Origin: the human T2T-CHM13v2.0 reference genome, Homo sapiens
NCBI RefSeq assembly: GCF_009914755.1
Contig: NC_060936.1
Reading direction: 5' to 3' (one strand)
DNA length: 64,000 nt
The position numbers and the translations under genes were made by a program. Of the stretch, positions 1 to 22,410 are shown in pieces. Below the pieces are notes generated by a model. That model was not told the origin of the DNA. It ran no database searches and worked only from the letters and a program-made list of their open reading frames with translations. The number at the start of each line of letters is the position of its first letter. The stretch's first letter is position 1.

Positions 1-399
1 TAATCCAGAGTTGATGTTCCCTTCACAGTGCATCATATCAGAGGGTACGTGATGTTGATGTGATGTCTTATTACTCACGACATTAGCCTTGATCACATGG
101 TTAATGTGGTATATCAGGTTTCTCCTCTGTAAAGTTATTATTTGTTTTCCCTTTGTAATTCATAAATATTATGAGGGAGAACTTTGACTCTGTTTCTCCT
201 TAAACTTTTTCCCATTAATTTTAGCATTCATGGGTGTGTCTTGCTTATGGCAATTATTACTGGTATTCTAATGGTGATTTTCTGTTACTGTCATCCTTTC
301 TACATTTATTAATTGAAATTCTTCTATAACGAAGATTTGTTCTCCCTCATTTATTCAACCATTTACTTAGAAGATTTTACATTACTTAGAACCATTTAC

Positions 400-1014
400 A
401 TAGAGATGAAGTCTCCCTATGTTGTCCAGGCTGGTCTCAAATTCCTGAGCTCAGATGATGTTGAAGGCCGAAAGAGTGAGGGTCGTGATCAACTCAGTAT
501 ACCACTGGAGGCTATATGAGTAAACAGCAAACTGTTCTCATGAATGCAGAATGTTGGCAAACTGACAAATTGCATCTGCCACCCAGAAGGAATGCTGAGG
601 GCAGTCACACCAGCAGTGTTTCTTGTGATTAGGCATAATTGATACCTGTTAACAGTAATATGAACCTGTGATCAATTAAGCAGCTGACCAATCGTTACCT
701 CCTCCTCCCTGCTCTTTCTACCCAATAAATACAAAGGGCTGTGGAAGCTCAGTGGGCTGCCTTTGCTCACTAGAAGCAGGGAACTCTCTTTTACTTCCTC
801 TGACCCCTTCCTTTAAAATAGTTACTTTTAAGTTTTCATTTCTGCTTTCCACACCCTTAGTTCAGTCTTATAATGATGGTCTCAAGTAGTAACAGTAGTA
901 ACTGTCATAGTGATGGTCTCAAGTAGTAACCTTGGCAGTATGCCACAAGATGATCTTCCTGCTTCAGCCCTCCAAAGTGCTAGGATTACAGGCATGAGCC
1001 ACCACGTCCAGCCC
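400..1014 (-). mobile_element. Alu monomer (FLAM/AluJ-like) split by an LTR insertion
   Basis: Alu sequence at 400-458 resumes at 948-1014 (cctgcttcagccctccaaagtgctaggattacaggc); flanked by aaccattta. Confidence 0.8.
459..947 (+). mobile_element. Solo ERV LTR, ERVK-type (likely LTR3 / HML-6 family)
   Basis: TG...CA termini, perfect 6-bp TSD AGATGA (453-458, 948-953), CCAAT and AATAAA motifs, internal 20-bp repeat TGATGGTCTCAAGTAGTAAC (874-893, 911-930). Family name from memory. Confidence 0.8.
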
Positions 1015-1420
1015 AACCATTTATTTATATTAGGATGGTTTCATAGATAGTTACTTTATTCCCTGTATTATAATCCAATACTATCCTTATTTTATTGCTT
1101 AAATTGTTCCAGCTCTTGGAGTTTTTGGCTTGGCTCCAGTGTTCTCTCAACTTGCCCTGTTTTTTGTTTGTTTTGTTTTTAGCACTTCCTTACTTTCTAG
1201 CACTGCAAGATGTTCCAGGCTCGTCTTGTATTTACCATGCCTCAGCCCTGGAATCAACTATTTCCCCAAGGAGCCCTGTTTTCTTTTATGGGAGAAGTTA
1301 GCATCTGGGCACTACTAGTTATGCTCATTGCCACTGAGATGTCACTGCTTCTAGGCGTCTTAGTGGACAAAACCAAGAATTATATGTATGTATACTGGCC
1401 CATGTATACACACTGCTTTT

Positions 1421-2063
<643 letters not shown>

Positions 2064-3229
2064 TATAAAAATTTTATAAACTATAAATTCATACTGATAT
2101 TTCTGACTCCAGTCTAGCATCACAAGGTTCATTCTAGTATTCCCTCTTGGCTTATTTATAACTTCTTTCTCTGATAGTAAAAAGCCTAACCCCACAGAAC
2201 TTTGATTTCTGAAAACAGATCTAGAATCTCTAAAATTATGCCATAACCAGCTTCTCCTCCCACGATACACCGTATATTTTTTTCACTCCATTTGAAATGT
2301 TATCCCGTACTCAACCTATTCACCTTAAAAGACTCAAGTGAAAGAACACACATGGCCCTTTTCCAAACTGCCCTAGCCCTATTCCTAATCAGCATAAGTC
2401 AATCCCCCTGCCTTATAATAATTTCATAATTCCTACTCAATAGCAAGATATTTGAAGTCAGAAGACAGATCTACTTTGTCTTTTAACCTTCTGACATCTA
2501 GTATTTAATACATTGCTTTCTAAATAGAAAGAACTCTATAAATACGCCTTCCATAAAATTACACATAGCTTTAAGTTTTATCTGAAACACAATTAGTACA
2601 GAAACTGAATGCTTATCCTGCAGTCCCAAGACTAGTTATGAGGAAGCATATATTTTTCAGAACTGTGAATTACCCAGTAATTTTAGCTTATTCAAACTCT
2701 CATATAAACTCACAATATAAAAAAATGGAACCACTAAATAACATCAAATGTTATAAATAAAAAGCTCACTACTCTATTATTCAGAAACATGATGATAGAC
2801 AAGTCTGCAGGCATGTTAGAATAATCACTGCTACTGTTCTTGGAAGAGCTTCAGGTATGTGTAGAAACATGAATCTAGACAATAGCACAATTGTAACATT
2901 GACCAAATTCCCAGGGGTCAACAAGAATGTAAATGTTTACATCAGGACAGACTCACTTCAATAATATTTGATCTCTTTATCGCCTTTTAAAGGATATTTT
3001 GTGCCTTCAAAAACACTAAGACCCAGAGCAAAAGCAACAAAAATGAGGCTGTGTAATTGAGAATAAATTCCACTTTTCTCTTTTCTTGCAGAATCCTCTT
3101 TTCCTACCTCCACTCTTACTCCCAGGAATCAATAAAGAGTCAGTCTCTCTCCCTTCTCTGAGCGAGCTCACTTACTCTCAACTCATCAAAAGTCACTTAT
3201 TCCACATGATTCCCAAAGCTGGATCCTAA

Positions 3230-3620
<391 letters not shown>

Positions 3621-4039
3621 TAACATAACCCAAATCATATGTATTATCCTTTCTTAACCTCTACTCTTCAAATTAAGTTCATTTAATTACAAATCATTTT
3701 TCTCCAAAGAATTGGTATATGAATTTTTGCTTCTATCAAATAAAATAACACATAACATAGTATAACAAAATGTACACAAAGTTTGAAGTTAAAAGGAGAA
3801 CTTACAGGTTCTCACTGGGCCTCTAACTGTGGTGACATGTGCAAGTTTCTTTACTTCTCTGAGGCATATACCATTACCTACCCTAGCTAGTCAAAAATTC
3901 TATATAAAATGCCTAACACAGGGACACATTTTGGAAAGAAAATAGCAAGAGGCTAAGGGCATGGGGCATGGATTAGAATTTAGCTGTTGAGATCTCTCAC
4001 CACGAACACTAGCTGAGTGATCTTGGGCAAGTTTAATAA

Positions 4040-4442
<403 letters not shown>

Positions 4443-4579
4443 TAGTGTATTGCTTTCTAAATAGAAGGAACTCTATAAATGCAGCTTGAATAAAATTGGA
4501 CAAAGCTTTGCACATATGGATTTTGCACAAGCTTTTCCTCACATCTTTAGGTATGCTCAAGTTATTTCTTGATGCAAGC

Positions 4580-5025
4580 CATTCTCTGAGCACACTACTC
4601 CCCCCGAGGACACTGCTACCCTCTGTCTGAAAATGCTTGAGCCTCCCTGGCCTTCTGCTATGGGTCCCAGCTTGGGTGACACTTTGTTCCAGATGCCTTC
4701 CCTGACCCCTCAAGCTTGGGCTAAAAGGTTCCCTATAAGTTCTCAAAGTATTAGACCTATCCCTACCTGATCAGATGGTAATTTTTTTTCTGAGACAAGG
4801 TCTCACTCTTATCTCCCAGGCTGGAACGCAGTGGTGTGATCATAATTATTGCAGCCTCGAACTCCTGGGCTCAAGCGATCCTCCCAGCTCAACCTCCCAA
4901 AGTGCTGGGATTACAGGTGTGAGTCACTGTGCCTGGCTCACACTGTAATTTTTTAAAATCACACTGTATTTTAACTTGCAGAACAGTGCCTGACACATGG
5001 GGGGCACTCAAGTATTTGTTAATGA
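4580..5025. mobile_element. L2 fragment with an internally deleted Alu (4782-4938)
   Basis: L2 tail motif 'acagtgcctgacacatgggggcactcaagtatttgttaatgaa'. Confidence 0.6.
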
Positions 5026-5390
5026 AGAGAGGGATCCCAGGCATCTGAAATAATTTTTTGGATTCAGCTATTTTTAGAGACTAGTGTTTCTGGGGAAAAG
5101 AAATCAAACAATAGAGTAGGTTGTATATGTTTATTCCAAAATAAATCATTCCAAGGTATGGGAAACCAGTGGAGATAGCCATCAAAAAAATGGTCTCCAG
5201 TATTCTACTAAGGTAGAATAAAACTGAAACCCATCAATATTGTTTTAGTTAACTCCTTCTACTGAGATAATTTAGGTGTTTTCTTATAAATGCTAATGAA
5301 TTACTATTTGGCTCTACAGGTAACAAAGCCAAATAGTAATTTTAGAAACCAAAAGGAAGATGAGAAATAAAGGGGGAAAAACACTTAATT

Positions 5391-5583
5391 CAGTTGGTCA
5401 CAAATTTGAGTGTACATAGAATCACTTAGGAAACTTGTATACAATACTGATTTTTCAGGTCCCATCCCATGATTCTGATTCATTAGGTCTGGAGAAGGGC
5501 TCAAAAAACCCACATTTTAATAAGAAGAACGTTGAAGCAACTCTAGTGTCAGAGGTTCCCTCATCAAATGCTGGAAAACACTG
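5391..5583. mobile_element. MER5-type hAT-Charlie MITE
   Basis: CAG...CTG ends; 'agaatcac', 'gattctgattcattaggtctgg' motifs. Confidence 0.7.
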
Positions 5584-5598
5584 AATTAAAGGGTTTAA

Positions 5599-5940
5599 GG
5601 CTGGGCACAGTGGCTCATGCCTGTAATCTTAGCACTTTGGGAGGCTGAGGAGACAGGACCGCTTAAGGTCAGAAGTTCCAGACCAGCCTAGGCAATATGG
5701 CGAGACCTGTTCTCTGCCAAAAAATAAAGTAAAATAAAATAAAATAAAATAAAATAAAATAAAATAAAATAAAATAAAAATTAACTGGGCATGGTGGTGC
5801 ATGCCTGTGATCCTTGCTACTTGGCTGAAACAGGAGGATCATTTGAGCCCAGGAGGTCAAGGCTGCAGTGGGCCATGATCACACCATTGCACTCCAGCCT
5901 GGGCAACAGAGCAAGACTCTGACTCAAAAATAAGTAAGTA
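5599..5940 (+). mobile_element. AluJ with (AAAAT)n expansion in the linker (~5731-5779)
   Basis: Alu consensus plus pentamer repeat. Confidence 0.9.
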
Positions 5941-6507
5941 AAGGGTTTAAGACCTACATGTATTCTAAGAAAAATGGAAAGACAGCAACATAAAATATTT
6001 CTTATATTGCCCACTTCAATTTCATGTTGCCATTCAAATTTGACAGTGTAAGGAAAATGGCTGCTCTTTAAAAGTACACTGAGGTTTGGACAAAAATGAA
6101 TCTGAGACACTGCACTGATTAATTCAATCTGCCTAATTTGATGCCCATCATCTAGGTTCACCTAGTACTTTTCTGTCCAGACGGCACAAAATCATTGTGT
6201 TAAAACAATGACTCGTGATAATAAAATTGAGTTATTCTCATTCTTTTTTTTCCTCTAGCCAGGTCTGTTGCTGAATTTAAAATGCTGCTTGAGAAAGATA
6301 AGAAGCTTAAAAAATAGAAACTATTTTATTTTTATCTACCGAATAAAAGGGCAACTATAATTTACTGAGAGGTCAAAGTTAAAGCAGGGAGCCAACAGGC
6401 TTGTGCTCTCATTTTGAATCTGCCACTAATTAGTGGTATGGCCATGAACAAGCCACTTCTCTGGGTCCTCTTTCTTCTTGTGCAAAATGAAGGGGTTAAA
6501 ATAGCCT

Positions 6508-6745
6508 AGTGTTTTTCTAGCTGCAGGTCACAATTAGTGAGTTGTAAAAGCAACTTGAGCGATCAGAAGCAACATGTTTGTTTTGATGAAAAAGAACAGA
6601 ATGCAATCGAAAATGTCAAAGTGCATCAGACATAGTATAGGTAGGTTTTTTCTAAAGTTTTTGTTTCAGTTATTTGTATGTGTATAAACTGAGTAGGAAT
6701 GTAAAATATTTCTTATTGTGGGGTATAGTTAAAATATAGTTTGAC
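6508..6745. mobile_element. Non-autonomous hAT-type DNA transposon remnant (subfamily not assigned)
   Basis: Motifs 'aaagtgcatc...catagta', 'ttttgtttcagttat', 'tgtaaaatatttcttattgtggg' resemble a Charlie-type MITE. Confidence 0.5.
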
Positions 6746-6889
6746 AAGTGTTAGCGAGGACGTGGAGAAACTGGAACCGTTATACACTGCTGGTGGGAAT
6801 GTAAAATGGTGCAGCCACTTTGGAAAACAGTCTGGTGGTTCCTCAAAAGATTAAACACAGAGTTACCATGGGATCCAGCAATTCCATTC

Positions 6890-6921
<32 letters not shown>

Positions 6922-7495
6922 CTATATATATATAGAGAGAGAGTATATATATATATAGAGAGAGTATATATATATATATATAAAGTATATATATATATAT
7001 AAAGTATGTATATATATATATACTCAAGAGAAATGAAAACACATGTCCACAGAGAACTTGTACACAAATGTTCGTCAACTGATGAAAGGATGAACAAAAT
7101 GTGGTATGCCCATACAAGGGAATATTATTCGGCTATAAAGAGTAATGTAGTGCTGACACATGCTACAACATGGATGAACCCTGAAAATATTAAGCTAAGT
7201 GACAGGAGCCAGCCACAAAAGACCATTTACTGTATGATTACATTTATATGAAAGGTCCAGAACAGGAAAATCTATAGAGACAGAAAAAGAATTAGTGGTT
7301 GCCTGGGACTGGCAGTAGGAAGACAAGGAACTGACTGCTGATGGGTATGAATTTTCTCTGGAAGGTGATAAAATGTTGTAAAATTGATTATGGTGATGGC
7401 TGCACAACTGTGTGACCATATTAAAACCGCTGAACTGAGCATTTTAAATAGGTGAATTGTATGGTATATAATTTTTCAATAAAACTTTATAATTT
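6744..7495 (+). mobile_element. L1MB-type 3' end
   Basis: 'tgctggtgggaatgtaaaatggtgcagccactttggaaaacag', 'gctacaacatggatgaaccctgaaaa', terminal 'tcaataaaa'. Confidence 0.85.
6893..7022. repeat. Compound (TG)n/(TA)n/(GA)n microsatellite inside the L1
   Basis: Directly visible. Confidence 0.95.
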
Positions 7496-7973
7496 TTAAA
7501 CAATGGCTTGAAAATCATTAGACTCGATGACAGATGATCACTGAGGTCCCTGAGAATTCTCATGTGGCCCCCCCAGGGCTCACCTTGCCCACCCTTACCC
7601 CATGACCCTCTGGAGGCAGGACAGTAGAATGGAAATAGCAGCTGGTTCCAATTCCCATTCTAGTGTTTACCAGATGCATGGCAACCTCTCTGTACTTTAC
7701 TTTCCTTCTATGTAAAAGGAAGATGATAAATCTGCCTTACGGGGTTGTTTTAAACTAAAGGAGACAATAAATGTAAAACAGTGCCCAGCACATTGCTTGA
7801 GGTCAGAGGCAGATCTTGTCAGTCTTCGCATGCTTCAGAGTCTAAGCCACATTCAATAAACATTATTCTAAAGGTTCAGATACTAGAACTCCTATTTGGG
7901 TTTAGCTTACTTTATGTGTCATATTGACTTAACAAGGTTTAGATCAATAAGGCTGTGATTAAAAATAATTCAT

Positions 7974-8700
<727 letters not shown>

Positions 8701-9294
8701 TCAATATTTTTATTTCATAATTATTAGAAAAACTACCCATTTTTTAAAATGTTTGTTTTGAGCACTTTGACCAATTATTTTCTGTAGTTTTTATTCAAAA
8801 GTCAAATTAAACACAAATCACTTTTTTAGTATAAATATAACTTAGTGAATTATAAAAAGGATAAGTCCAAATACAAGCTGGGCTTTGTAAGGTTCTTGTG
8901 CAATGTAAATTTTTTAAATCTTTAATTAGGTCAGGTGGTTTTCAAAAAAAAAACTTCAGTAGCCATGGTGGAATCCACAAACATCCTTCCCATCTCCACA
9001 CAGCACCACCCTTCCTTATCCTCCTCCTTCCCATGGGGAACCTTCTTCTGCAGGTCTCAACAAGCCTACTTGTTGAGCCTACAGAGCTGCCACTTCCTTC
9101 ACTGTCTAGGCTCCTCGGTCAGTGACTGGCCAGGGATGGGCCTGCTCCATATAAACAATGCTATGGAAATACACAATGTAAGAAGTAGAAGTCCCTGCCA
9201 GCTCTTGTCTGCCCTCCCCCCAAACCAATTCTACTTCTCAAAGGTAACCTCTGTCAAAGTCTGGAGCATAAACTTTCTGTTATTACCTATACAA

Positions 9295-9990
9295 TAATAA
9301 TTGCCACCACAAAGCACTATGTGTCAGTCACTGTACTAAGCACTCTACATATGTTATCTCAGTTTACCCTTGCAACAAGTCATGAGGTAGGTACCATCAG
9401 GATGCCTATTTTACAGATGAGAAAACTGAGGCACAGAGAAATTGACACACAACATGCATAAATACAAACATGTTTTAGAAATACAATGGTTTCATGTTAA
9501 TGTGCTGTTCAGCAATTATTTATTTCCTCTTGAACATCTTCCCACCTCAGGGCATACAGATCTATCTCAATCTTTCAGTACCTCATAATATTTCATTCTG
9601 TAATAGTTTAAAACCTATTTAACAAGGCCCCTGTGGATGATCATGTAGGTTGCTTTTGCTTCTTCACTGTTATGAATAAGAATGGAACAAACATGCTTGT
9701 ACTATTGCCTACCTGGGGCGGGGTGCATCTACGGCATAAATTCCTAGAAGGAGCATTTCTAGTTTAAAAGGCCTATGCATTAAATTTTTAAATAGATATT
9801 CTGAGATTTCCCTCAAAAAAGTCACATCCATTTATATTTGAATCTTTCTCCACATTCTTGTCAGTAATAAGCATTATTTTTATTTTTTCCAATCTGATAG
9901 ATGTGTGAAAATGGTACATTATTGTTTTAGTTTTCACTCCTTTAATCATGAGTGAGGTTGAGCATATTTTCAAATATGTGTTGGCCACTC
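9295..9990 (-). mobile_element. MIR (9295-9445) followed by an old L1ME fragment
   Basis: MIR core 'tattttacagatgagaaaactgaggcacagaga'; L1 'tgaggttgagcatattttcaaatatgtgttggcca'. Confidence 0.7.
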
Positions 9991-10001
9991 AATACATTTA
10001 C

Positions 10002-11056
<1,055 letters not shown>

Positions 11057-11589
11057 CACATTTATTTTTTTAACGACATTTATAAATTGTTTATTATCTC
11101 TACAACTTACTTTTTTTTAAATTATACAAGGACTTTCTGAATATCATGTGTAACTCCTTGTACAATTGGATTTGCCTCTCACAGCAGCTGTCCTTTCCTG
11201 GTGTCTGATTCTTATCCAGATCTCATTAATATTCTTTCCAAACAAAAATGCCGCTTGACTATACAGATGAGTGCCTCGTTTCTGCGGGGTTCCCTTTTGC
11301 AGGACACCCACCCCTGACTGCTCATTAATATTCTAAGCAGAGCACAACCCTGTAAGAAGCCTGACGGACACTGACAGCCCAGGCATTGAGAGAGGATCAC
11401 TGCTGCTACCCTCCACCACCCAGTCTAGTGCTTTCAGATAAGGGTGGTACTCTGAGTATCAGGATCACCTATGGAATCTGAACCTCTCATATGGAGTCCA
11501 AACATGTTAATTTTTGCAGACCCAGACCCTAAACGCTCACCATCTAGACAGATAATGTCAGAATCAGGTACAAGTTTGAACCCCTTAAG

Positions 11590-11697
11590 CATAAGCCTGA
11601 GGATTGGTTATTGAGTACTGGCCATATGCCAGGTGCTTTACATGTTATCTCATTCCATTTGATCTTATTCACTTAATTCTTACACTGCCATGAAGCA

Positions 11698-11733
<36 letters not shown>

Positions 11734-11990
11734 GTAAGAGACAGGGTCTTGCTATGTTGCCCAGGCTCGTCTTGAACTCCTGGGCTCAAGCGATCCTCCC
11801 ACCTTGGCCTCCCAAAGTGCTGGGATTATAGGCATGAGCCACCACACTGGGTCAGCAAATATTTATTATTCTCATTTTACAGAGGAAGAAACTAAGGCTC
11901 TAGAAATGTTCAATAACTTGCTCAAGGTCACAGAGCTAATAACTGATAGAGCTAGGATTTGAAACAATCCCACAGACCATAATGTCCATG
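11590..11990. mobile_element. MIR interrupted by a FLAM with (TTA)n tail (~11699-11852)
   Basis: MIR core 'cattttacagaggaagaaactaaggctc...aacttgctcaaggtcacagagcta'. Confidence 0.8.
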
Positions 11991-12751
11991 TTCTAATGAC
12001 ATATTACAAACCACATCTTCCCGGTATTTAGGGGCTGTCTGGACCGGTCTTATCCTTTAAGAGTCTTGAAACTAGGAATATTAAAGGCTGGGCCAGATGC
12101 CCCAGCCTATTCCACATCTAAGCCAACTCTACCCAAGGCTCCTTTTGGCTCAAGTCTACATATTGAGTCTACCACACACTTACTGGGTAACATGAGGAAA
12201 ATTACTCTAAGCCTTAGTTTCATCATCACTAAAATGTTCTCTTAGCACATTGCTAAAACAAGTACTTAATAATGATAGCAGTGGTGGTAATAAAAATACC
12301 TAACATTTATTGACCATTTACCATGTGTCAGATACTGTCTTAATTGTTTTGCATATATAACTTATTTAATCTTCACAGTAACACACTCAGAATTATTACC
12401 GACTCACTTTATGTAAGTGTATTATTGAATAATATTCAGATGAAGAAACTGAGGCCCAAAGAAGTTAAATAAATGTTAGCTCTTTTCATTTTTTAGGAGG
12501 TTGGCCTGGAAACAAAATGATCTGCAGCACGGAAAATAAACCAGAAAAGCAGTTCTAGCGTACATGATATTTCAGGGTCAGCTTATTTCTGTTAAATCAC
12601 CAATAAAAAGAGAATATCTCTAATGTAATAATATCTGAGAAACTGATGGTTACTACCAGGAACACCAGATCTGATCAAAGACCTGACACCATTTCTCTGC
12701 ACCATAAAGTCTAAATCGGTAAAAGTTATCTCTCTTAAGGATAAAATTTTA

Positions 12752-14390
<1,639 letters not shown>

Positions 14391-15373
14391 ACTGACTTTG
14401 GTCTAAAATTTGTAGGTCATGAAGAACCACCCAAGAACTTTCCTAATCTTTTTTTTTTCCCTTTAAATTAAAAAATTACCAGATCAAATTCAAGTCTAAC
14501 TCCACCTCTCTCCCAATTAATAAAATTTGTTATTTGCTCATTTGGTTCTCTCCCTCCCCGTCCCAGCTGATCATTAACTTATTCTAAGGGCAAACATAAT
14601 CCAACGAAGTGAGGTTTTCTTATTTTTCCAGTAGTTTTTTTTCACACATAGTAAGAAAAATCTCTTTCAGTAAGTAGAAAAACAGATCATTAAGTCACTA
14701 GCTTCAAATTTAAGGTAAAGAGTAGAGAAAAACATAGCTAATTAGAAAAAGAATGTGGAAATTTACAATTGACCAAGACCATCACGACAAAGCACAGACT
14801 TCCTCTGAACAGCATATTTCTCCTTTAACCTTTGTACCTTTCCATACTTTAACATCAGATGTACTGAATACCAGTGCCTGGAACATGTAGGGGCTCAATA
14901 AATATCTGTTATATGAATGAAAAACAGTGTTACACTAGTACTGAATTGCCACACATCTCAGCAAAGGCCCACCTACATAACTGAAAATCTGCCGAGAAAC
15001 TACATGCTCATAAGTCTTGCCAATTACATGCTTAATTAAGGCAAAATAGTTCATTAAGGAGCCTTCTTTACAATCTCAAAGCAAAAGAAACACATACGCT
15101 TATTTTAGGAAGGCTCCTTCTGTTAAAGATATAACCTTCTTAAAGCAGCCCTTTGTCCTTAATAACTAATCAAGTTTTCTCCAAATACAGGGCTTCTTAG
15201 TTTCACTTCTGGACATTTCCAGGAAGGGCCTGGCTTCCATTCTTATCTGAAATTTTAGATGATGTGCTTTTTTTCAGGACTTGCTCAATCTGAAGAGTCA
15301 GTTCAGATCAGTTTAACCAATACCTTCAAGCAGGAGAATTAAAATGGATTTACTAAAAAGTGACTCTTCTCTA

Positions 15374-16389
<1,016 letters not shown>

Positions 16390-17319
16390 TCAATTGAATT
16401 TTAATGATTAGCTTCTAAAAGCTACATTTAATTCGGGACTGTAGAAAATAGTTATTGAGAGGCATTTGCTGGGTAGTGGTCTTTCAGTTGGCAGGGGAAA
16501 GATCATCACTGTCTTTGGGCCTCAATTTCTTCATCTCAAAAACAGGTATTGATTCACACAGGATGCTTATGAGGACTAAATGAAAGGATAAAAGCAAAAG
16601 TACTTTGAAAACTGTCAGCTACTCTACAAAGCATTATTTTAAATAAAACTTCAAGCCAGCATTAAGAAAAAAAATGGAATTAAAAAAGACTAACCAATGA
16701 AAAGAAATAGAAATTAGAACTAATTCATTATAATGTCTGGTTCAACTAGATGTTAATAAGAAACCTTTTGTTTAAAGCTGTTGCTGAAAATCTTTCTAAT
16801 CAGTACACTGTCTAAACAGTGTGTCTAAACAGTAACACATTTCAGAGCATGTGTTAATAGTAAGTATAATGAAAATCATTTCATTTTTTCTTGAAGATTC
16901 TAGATAGCTTTCTAATTTTTCTCCTAGAGAATGAAAACAGAAGAAAACTTCTGGTTGTTTGTGGATTCCAGTAATTGGGTTTTAGTTTTGCCACACTGGC
17001 TTTTGAAAATGTAATAGGAGTTGATAGACTAGTATAATCCAGAGTAACAATCTGGGAAGTAGATGGCTATAGTGGTAGGAAAATAGTGGCCTGGATCCTG
17101 GAAACACCTTAGAAAACTTGCACTCAGATGGAACTTAATCCTGGTTGTCACAGTATCCAAACTTTTGTCCTGCTACCTTCCGAACTCCTCAGAGACTGCT
17201 ACCTGATTTGAACCCAGATGGACCGACCTCAGCTGTTGTCCAGTTAAAAAAAATACAACACTTTGGATTGCAAAACAAAACAAGACTTGTCCAAATGAAA
17301 AGTCCATCTTCAAGGCTTA

Positions 17320-18990
<1,671 letters not shown>

Positions 18991-18999
18991 CTTAGGCAT

Positions 19000-19180
19000 T
19001 GTCTCCCCTTAAGTTTGTATATAAATCTCTTGAGGTACTTGATAAACTTCAGGTTCCCAGGCCCATCCCTCAGACACACTGATCTGCAGGTCTAGGTGGG
19101 ACCTGAGACTCTACCTTTTTAACCACTGCCAGGTAATTCTAACACAGGCAATTAAAGGAACCATATTTTGAAAATCAGTG
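19000..19180. mobile_element. MER5-type MITE
   Basis: 'cccaggcccatccctcaga...aggtctaggtgggacctgaga...ccaggtaattcta...ttttgaaaatcagtg'. Confidence 0.65.
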
Positions 19181-19695
19181 CTTTTTTTTTTTATGACAAC
19201 TCTGATAACTTTTCTGCAAGGGAAAAACTGAAGCCAACTCTAAGGATTACTCAAGGACTCAAGGACTCTGGCAAAAAACTAAAAGGGGAATCTGAATTAG
19301 AAGACTGATTAAAGAACTCTTATCACCCCTGGGGCAGAATCAGCCAAACTTGGGGATTGATCAAATGTGGGTGGAGAAAAGTATTAAAGTGGTAAGTACA
19401 ACCTCAAGCTTTCTCCTTAGTGAATCTGGGTGTACGCAGATGCATGGCGTACAGGGACTATCCACATAGCCTAACAGGTAGCTGGAAATACAGATCTGGA
19501 ACTCAGATATACAAAGGCATTAAACATATTGGTTTGGTACTTCAAAGTAAGTTCAATACAAATTAAAGAATTAAATATAAAGTGTAAAACGGTAAAAATC
19601 AGAAGGAAATGAAAGTGAGTATTTAACCAATCTCTGGATGGTGAAGGCCTTCTAAACATCACAGCACCAGAAGAAATCTCAAATTTAAAAATCCA

Positions 19696-19990
<295 letters not shown>

Positions 19991-21101
19991 CTATAGATAA
20001 GTAATAATATACTATATACAAAATTAAAAGGCAAACTGGTTAAATATTTGACCACAGGACAAAAAATTAATATTCTTAGAAGAGTTTATACCAATCTCAA
20101 AGAAAAACACTAAGAATGGTTCTGTATGAAGTAGAAGAAGTTGTTAAATAACTTGCCTTGGAGACGTACACCCTCTAGTCACAAAATGAGACATTTTTCA
20201 CATACATTGTAGATAATCGAGTTTTGTGGCACAGGTCAGCAGGGCTTCTGTGATTTTATCTTACCAGTTTCCAAGTGTCAGTCTATGGGAGTGCCTAAAA
20301 AAATACCAATCTTTTTGACTTCTTTTTTTTTCTTTTCTTCCCCCAACCCCCACAGCAAGAACCCCATTCAATTTTTTTTTTATACTTCTATTTTCCTGAA
20401 AGTTAAAGGGCACAAACAAATTAAGCTGTCCCCAGGCTCCCCTTGCTACTCCGGTGGACACTGCCTTTACTGCATCCAGTCTTTCCTCAGGCTCTATATA
20501 TCTAAAATTAGGTGAAAGGTTAGAGATGAGACAGAAAGTAATTCCAGAATGTCTAGTGAACAGTAGTAGCTCCAAAGGCATCCTTTCAGCACAGAGGTTG
20601 TCCAGTCTTGGGGATCAAAAGCCCAACCCTCTCATTTTACAGATGAGGCTCTGAGTCAATGAATCAATGACTTGTCCAAGATCACCTGATTGGCTGATGA
20701 CAACATTAAGTTGGGAATCCTGACTCTCAAATAGCACCCTTTCCATTCTGCAGTACTGCTTCATTGATCACAAGCTCTGGCCCCTCAAAACAATGGGCAT
20801 TTATAACACCACAATTCCAACTTCTGTATACTTTCCACTTTGTCACTCCATTCACTCTATTTGGTCTAATAAAAGCCTGTGCTTCCCCCACAAAACGCTC
20901 CAAATAAAAGAATACCAAACAAAAAACCAACATAATTAAAATGTTAACGCCCAAATAAAAATGGGAGTGGGATTAACCCAGACATAATTCACAGAAGAAA
21001 CAGAAATGAATGTATGAAAAATGTTCTCTCTCACTAGCAAAGAAATACAAATTAATTCATTTCTGCCTATCAAATTAGTAAAGATTAAAAAATAATATTC
21101 G

Positions 21102-22410
<1,309 letters not shown>

